A DNA stretch of 64,000 bases, taken from the NCBI GenBank assembly GCA_045105815.1, contig JBGCDX010000098.1, forward strand, positions 5,440-69,439, read 5' to 3'. Below, in pieces: positions 59,579 through 64,000 of this stretch. Position numbers and translations under genes: made by a program. A model generated the notes under the pieces. It ran no database searches, was not told the DNA's origin, and saw only the letters and a list, made by a program, of their open reading frames with translations. The DNA is from Gammaproteobacteria bacterium. Its GTDB lineage: Bacteria > Pseudomonadota > Gammaproteobacteria > UBA4575. Each line of letters opens with the position of its first letter. Position 1 is the first letter of the stretch.

Positions 59579-61873
59579 TCAGCTAAAGATACCGGGATGG
59601 CGCTTTTCGACAAACGCAATAATTTCTTTATCACTTGCTTCAATACCTTGGTTTTGTGGATCTTCACGCCATTTTTTAATATAGCCCTCTTTTCCACCCC
59701 ATTCTTTAAGCAAGGCTTGTCTACGCATCTCATCGCTCGCTTTTTCAATTTCACAAAGCACCGAATAAAATGTTGGGCTCGTTCCAAAGTCAGTAAGCAT
59801 TTCTGAATTCAATGCATTCACATTAACACCGCCTGGTGTATTGCTACCTTTAAATTGCTTTTGCGTGGAGCAAATACCATCCACATGACCTTCAACAATT
59901 ACCAGATAAGCAAAGGTTTCACCGCGATCATTATATAAGCGACATAAGTCACCATCCTCTAATCCGCGCGACTTCGCTTCCTTAGGATTTAATTCCACTG
60001 TAGGTCTAGACATCATGGCTTGTAGACGTGGCACTGACTGAAACGAATCACCAATGAAGTAATGCGAAGCACTACTTAGAATTTGCAAAGGGTAGTCTTT
60101 ACGTTTCGGATCTTCTTGACCCTCAATTTCAGGAACATAAGAAGGAAGTGGATCAATCCCTTCTTCTTTTAATGCTTCACACCAAATATCAATTTTACCG
60201 GAAGGTGTCGGCCAACCATTCTTCATGAAGTTTCTACTTTCTGTACTGGTATTCGCGCGTACAAAACCTTTGTTTTCAAAGTCTTCGTATTTAATACCTT
60301 CCATTAACAAATTAGACTCACCTTCATCACACAACACATCACGAACAATTTCTTCATCCGTTTGTGTAAAGGCGTTGTCGCCCTCTTCAACGTATTCCAT
60401 TTTCTTTGCTAACATGCGGAATAATTCAGAATTACGAACGCTTTCACCTAAGGGCTCAATAACGGGTTTATTCATAGTGAAATACCAGTTACCATAAGTG
60501 GCAACCATATCCATGCGTTCTAACTGTGTATCAGCAGGGATCACGACATCGGCATAGTTACAAGTATCGGTCCAAAATGTTTCGTGTACGGCTACAAATA
60601 AGTCATCACGCATAAAACCTTCACGCACACCATTGGTGTTTGGTGCACAGTTGGCGGGATCTGAGTTATAAACAAAGATACTCTTTATCGGTGGGTCTAG
60701 CTGCTCGCCATCAGCACCAATGTTTTCCGATAAGGCACGACCAATCTGTACCATATTGACCGCACGTTTACGCGTGCCCAAATCTGGACGATGCAATTTA
60801 TCGCTCATGCAACGGAACCACATCTCATTCAAAGTTCCAAAACTAACACCACCACAAGCTTCTCGCCATGCGCCTGTAATGCATGGAAGAATTAAAATTG
60901 AGCGACACATTTGGCCAGCATTTTGGTGGCGATTTAATCCGTAGTTTGCACGAATACAAGTTTTCTTAGATGACGCATATTCCAACGCAAATTTTTCAAT
61001 ATCTGCAGCAGGGATACCGGTAATCTTTTCTACTTTATCAAGCGGATAATCAGGAAGTTTAGTTTCTAATAATGCTTCCCAACCATTGGTTTGTTCTTTT
61101 AAGAATTCAAGATCATGCTTACCTGCATCAACAATAACTTTCATCATACCTAGCGCTAATGCTGCATCAGTACCTGGCTTAGGCTGAATATGCCAGTCAG
61201 CCATCATCGTAGTTCGCGTTACACGCGGATCGATAACAATTAACTTCATGCCACGTTCTTTTGCTTCACGAATAAATGGGATTGCATGTACACCGGTACT
61301 CACTAAGTTGGCACCCCAAAGAATCATCAAGTCCGCTTCTTGAGCCGCTTCATGCACAGACATATTTGAGTGTGCCAAACCATAGGTATGTAGATCTGCC
61401 CACATCGCTGCGTAAATACATATCGACTGCACCAATCCTGCAGCTTCCATTTTGTTCCAGAAGCGATAATCCATGGTCCAATAACCCACCATACCCATCG
61501 TTCCTGAATAAGAGTAAGGCTGTACCGCAGCACTTCCGTATTCACTAATTACACTTTTGAAATTACCGGTTATGGTTTCTAATGCCTCATCCCAACTGAT
61601 GCGCTCAAATTTTGCGCCCGGTCCTTTTGGTCCGACACGTTTATGCGGGTACAGCACACGGTTTTCGTTGTAGACCAAATCAAGATAGTGGTTAACCTTG
61701 TTACATAAATAACCGCGCGTTATGGGATGCGTTGGATCACCTTGTACGCGTACCGCTTTACCTGTTGAATCATCTTTTGTAACCAACATAGAACATGAAT
61801 CAGGGCAATCATGTGGGCAAGTCACGTGGTGGACAGAATGCCCTTCTGGCGCTTTAATTTTATCGGTCTGCAT
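59579..61873 (-). CDS. Cytoplasmic molybdopterin (bis-MGD) oxidoreductase, MopB superfamily, substrate unknown
   Basis: 764 aa. N-terminal Fe-S motif CPHDCPDSC with a downstream Cys. No Tat or signal sequence. MopB-like domain order. Confidence 0.85.
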   Translation of the reverse strand: MQTDKIKAPEGHSVHHVTCPHDCPDSCSMLVTKDDSTGKAVRVQGDPTHPITRGYLCNKVNHYLDLVYNENRVLYPHKRVGPKGPGAKFERISWDEALETITGNFKSVISEYGSAAVQPYSYSGTMGMVGYWTMDYRFWNKMEAAGLVQSICIYAAMWADLHTYGLAHSNMSVHEAAQEADLMILWGANLVSTGVHAIPFIREAKERGMKLIVIDPRVTRTTMMADWHIQPKPGTDAALALGMMKVIVDAGKHDLEFLKEQTNGWEALLETKLPDYPLDKVEKITGIPAADIEKFALEYASSKKTCIRANYGLNRHQNAGQMCRSILILPCITGAWREACGGVSFGTLNEMWFRCMSDKLHRPDLGTRKRAVNMVQIGRALSENIGADGEQLDPPIKSIFVYNSDPANCAPNTNGVREGFMRDDLFVAVHETFWTDTCNYADVVIPADTQLERMDMVATYGNWYFTMNKPVIEPLGESVRNSELFRMLAKKMEYVEEGDNAFTQTDEEIVRDVLCDEGESNLLMEGIKYEDFENKGFVRANTSTESRNFMKNGWPTPSGKIDIWCEALKEEGIDPLPSYVPEIEGQEDPKRKDYPLQILSSASHYFIGDSFQSVPRLQAMMSRPTVELNPKEAKSRGLEDGDLCRLYNDRGETFAYLVIVEGHVDGICSTQKQFKGSNTPGGVNVNALNSEMLTDFGTSPTFYSVLCEIEKASDEMRRQALLKEWGGKEGYIKKWREDPQNQGIEASDKEIIAFVEKRHPGIFS

Positions 61874-62194
61874 TATTTGAATCTCCTAACACTACTTCTC
61901 TGGTCTACTACTCTTTATCACTGGCCGAACAATGGTTCATACCGAGTAGGTGGATGATGTGACACCTATATATATAGAAGTGTCACTTCCTTATTAATTT
62001 AACATTACTACAAGGCCCCATTGTCTACAATATGGGCCAACAATATAAACGAGGTATTATTTTTGACTCTCTTGGGGCGTATTTTTGCAAATAAACATTA
62101 TATAAGAAAAGGGATTTATTGGCGCCTCAAAAGTGCTAGAAAAAAGCATGCAAATCACTCAGAATCAACTTAACCTGCAATCACTAAAAAGCCT

Positions 62195-63259
62195 TTAAAG
62201 AAGAGAGAGTTGTTCTTCATCCACCTGTTCTAATAACGTTAATTTTGACACTGAGACTCCCAACAAACGTACTTGTCTGCCTCTCACGTCGGCCTTAGAG
62301 AGTAAATCTTGCAAAGGGCTCGTGATATCTTCATGTTTACCAATATCATTACCTAGCGTTATTGAGCGAGTAAGCTGAACAAAATTATTAAACTTCACCT
62401 TGATCGTAATGGTGCGTGCGGTCATTCGCTTATCTTTTAAATCCTGCCAAACTTCTTCGGCAAGCTTTTCCAGTCTATTCAGCATCTCCGCCTCATCACC
62501 TAAATCTTCATTATATGTCTTCTCAGATCCAATAGATTTGCATTGCCGATGACTAATGACCTTTCGATGATCTACACCACGAGCAGCATGGAAATAGTAA
62601 TCACTTACTTTGCCAAAAATTGGCTTAAGCTCCTCTAAGTCCCATGCCAGCAAATCTTCACCGCTATACACACCTAAGTCTTTCATTTTCCCTTCAGTAG
62701 CGGGCCCAATACCATGGAATTTTCCAATCGGTAATTGTTTAACAAATTCTGGCCCTTGTTTTTCAGTTATGAGCGTCAAACCATCGGGCTTATCTAGATC
62801 AGAAGCAATTTTAGCTAAAAACTTGTTGTATGAGATCCCTGCCGAAGCGGTAAGCCCGGTAACCTGTTTAATTTCATTTTTTATCGCTTTAGCCACAAGG
62901 GTTGGTGAACCAAAACTGCGTTTACTCTGTGTGACATCTAAATAAGCTTCATCCAAAGATAAAGGCTCCACTAAATCAGTATAGCTAAACATGATGTCGC
63001 GAATTTGTTGTGAGATTTGTCGATATAGCTCAAAACGTGGACGTACGAAAATCGCATTGGGGCACAAGCGTAAGGCATGCACACATGGCATGGCAGAATG
63101 TATTCCAAACTTACGTGCTTCATAGCTGCAGGTTGCAACGACTCCACGTTGTTCTGGATCCCCACCTACAACCACAGGTTTCTTACGGTAATGAGGGTAA
63201 TCCCTTTGCTCTACCGAAGCATAAAATGCATCCATATCAATATGTATGATGTCTTGCAT
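62195..63259 (-). CDS. dinB: DNA polymerase IV (Y-family translesion polymerase)
   Basis: 354 aa. MQDIIHIDMDAFYASVEQRD...SIDEAYLDV catalytic motifs. Close to E. coli DinB throughout. Confidence 0.95.
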   Translation of the reverse strand: MQDIIHIDMDAFYASVEQRDYPHYRKKPVVVGGDPEQRGVVATCSYEARKFGIHSAMPCVHALRLCPNAIFVRPRFELYRQISQQIRDIMFSYTDLVEPLSLDEAYLDVTQSKRSFGSPTLVAKAIKNEIKQVTGLTASAGISYNKFLAKIASDLDKPDGLTLITEKQGPEFVKQLPIGKFHGIGPATEGKMKDLGVYSGEDLLAWDLEELKPIFGKVSDYYFHAARGVDHRKVISHRQCKSIGSEKTYNEDLGDEAEMLNRLEKLAEEVWQDLKDKRMTARTITIKVKFNNFVQLTRSITLGNDIGKHEDITSPLQDLLSKADVRGRQVRLLGVSVSKLTLLEQVDEEQLSLL

Positions 63260-63469
63260 GCGGATCTTCTATTAACTTTTTTGCTATCGTTTTCATCCAG
63301 GTGAGTGACAAATGAAAACTATTTATTCTTTTTCCCAAATGACTACCAAAATGACATGAATATGATTTAGAATTTACCCAGTAAGTAAGTGTTCATTAAT
63401 AATAATTACTAAATATAAATACTCTAGATTCAATGTAAATCTAGCCAATTCCATAACGAGGTTAACACC

Positions 63470-64000
63470 ATGGCTGCTATTTCTGAAAAAATTCTTTGGC
63501 CCATCGTTGCCATTTTCATCTTTGGTGTACTCGCCGGGTTTTATATCGACGACCGTAGAAGGCTCGCACAAGAAGGCGGTAGCCCCAAGGAACACGGTGG
63601 TAATGCAGCTGAACAAAAAGAGCATGGCGGTAAAGCAGCCGAGCATGCTGGCCAAGCCACAACTAAAACTCCTGCCAGCACTGCTCAATCGCAACCTGCC
63701 TCCGCGAGCAACTCAAGCTCTCATTCGGCAAGCAGTGGCCAATCATCACAGAGCAGCCAAACAAGTACTGCAACCTCCATGGATATCAATGAGTATCTCT
63801 CAAAGTTAAGCAGTGAGAATAGCGCACAATTAGAAGCTAACGCAGCTCAGCACCAAGGCTTCTCCGGTGGAATTGAAGAGTACTTAAATGGTGCAAAAGT
63901 AAAAGTTTCTCAAACCACGCCAAGCAACAACAACGCACAAACCAATAATAATCAAGCAAATGGTGCTACTTCAATGAGCATAGATGAGTACCACACCAAA
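63470..64000 (+). CDS. Membrane-anchored low-complexity protein, 5' partial (runs off the window end)
   Basis: ATG at 63470 with RBS ACGAGG. TM helix ILWPIVAIFIFGVLAGFYI. HGG/Ala/Ser/Gln-rich region. Repeated SM(D/S)I(N/D)EY motif. No stop before base 64000. Confidence 0.4.
   Translation, partial: MAAISEKILWPIVAIFIFGVLAGFYIDDRRRLAQEGGSPKEHGGNAAEQKEHGGKAAEHAGQATTKTPASTAQSQPASASNSSSHSASSGQSSQSSQTSTATSMDINEYLSKLSSENSAQLEANAAQHQGFSGGIEEYLNGAKVKVSQTTPSNNNAQTNNNQANGATSMSIDEYHTK

Noticed and set aside
1-64000. Mobile elements, CRISPR arrays, tRNA or rRNA genes, prophage or defence-system genes
   Set aside because: I found no transposase or integrase-like ORFs, no arrays of regularly spaced direct repeats, and no rRNA or tRNA-like sequences on either strand. 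The one nuclease (25098-25595) is a secreted SNase consistent with nutrient scavenging, not an immunity system.

Overview
The window is a 64-kb chromosomal segment from an AT-rich proteobacterium. Its gene content (SelO, YbiT, DbpA, TtcA, GltBD, DinB) suggests a marine gammaproteobacterium, possibly Alteromonadales-like. I can support about 60 protein-coding genes on both strands. I found no rRNA, tRNA, CRISPR array, integrase or transposase.

Housekeeping genes: selO, a two-domain rhodanese, GST, a MATE pump, an EamA transporter, ybiT (ABC-F), a SulP permease, dbpA, ttcA, an ICMT-like methyltransferase, gltB-gltD, a GGDEF-EAL protein, glycerate kinase and dinB.

Accessory or poorly characterised content:
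- A secreted His/Tyr/Arg-rich low-complexity protein at 6486-6941.
- Two paralogous coiled-coil proteins. One is membrane-anchored with tandem C-terminal DUF4332/H3TH-like modules. A third DUF4332 protein is translationally coupled to a BON+OmpA protein.
- An AlkB-type membrane hydroxylase preceded by five TGTACA motifs.
- A minus-strand operon of response regulator, intramembrane histidine kinase, DXD glycosyltransferase and a hypothetical protein. It is divergent from an eight-gene overlapping cluster: chalcone-isomerase-like, DUF3833, NTF2-like, SDR, FAD amine-oxidase-like, DUF1365, CFA-synthase-like methyltransferase and DUF2878-like.
- A minus-strand module of an SSS transporter, a secreted thermonuclease and PhoX alkaline phosphatase.
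- A ybjQ, ybjQ(TM), M48 protease operon.
- A small-protein islet that includes an arfA-like ORF with a long hairpin inside its coding sequence.
- A cytoplasmic molybdopterin oxidoreductase with its own FNR-like Fe-S flavoprotein.

Rho-independent terminators, a promoter-to-terminator unit that may encode an sRNA, and repeated candidate operator motifs are listed as features or findings.

Every call is from reading the sequence and the ORF translations. No database search was run.
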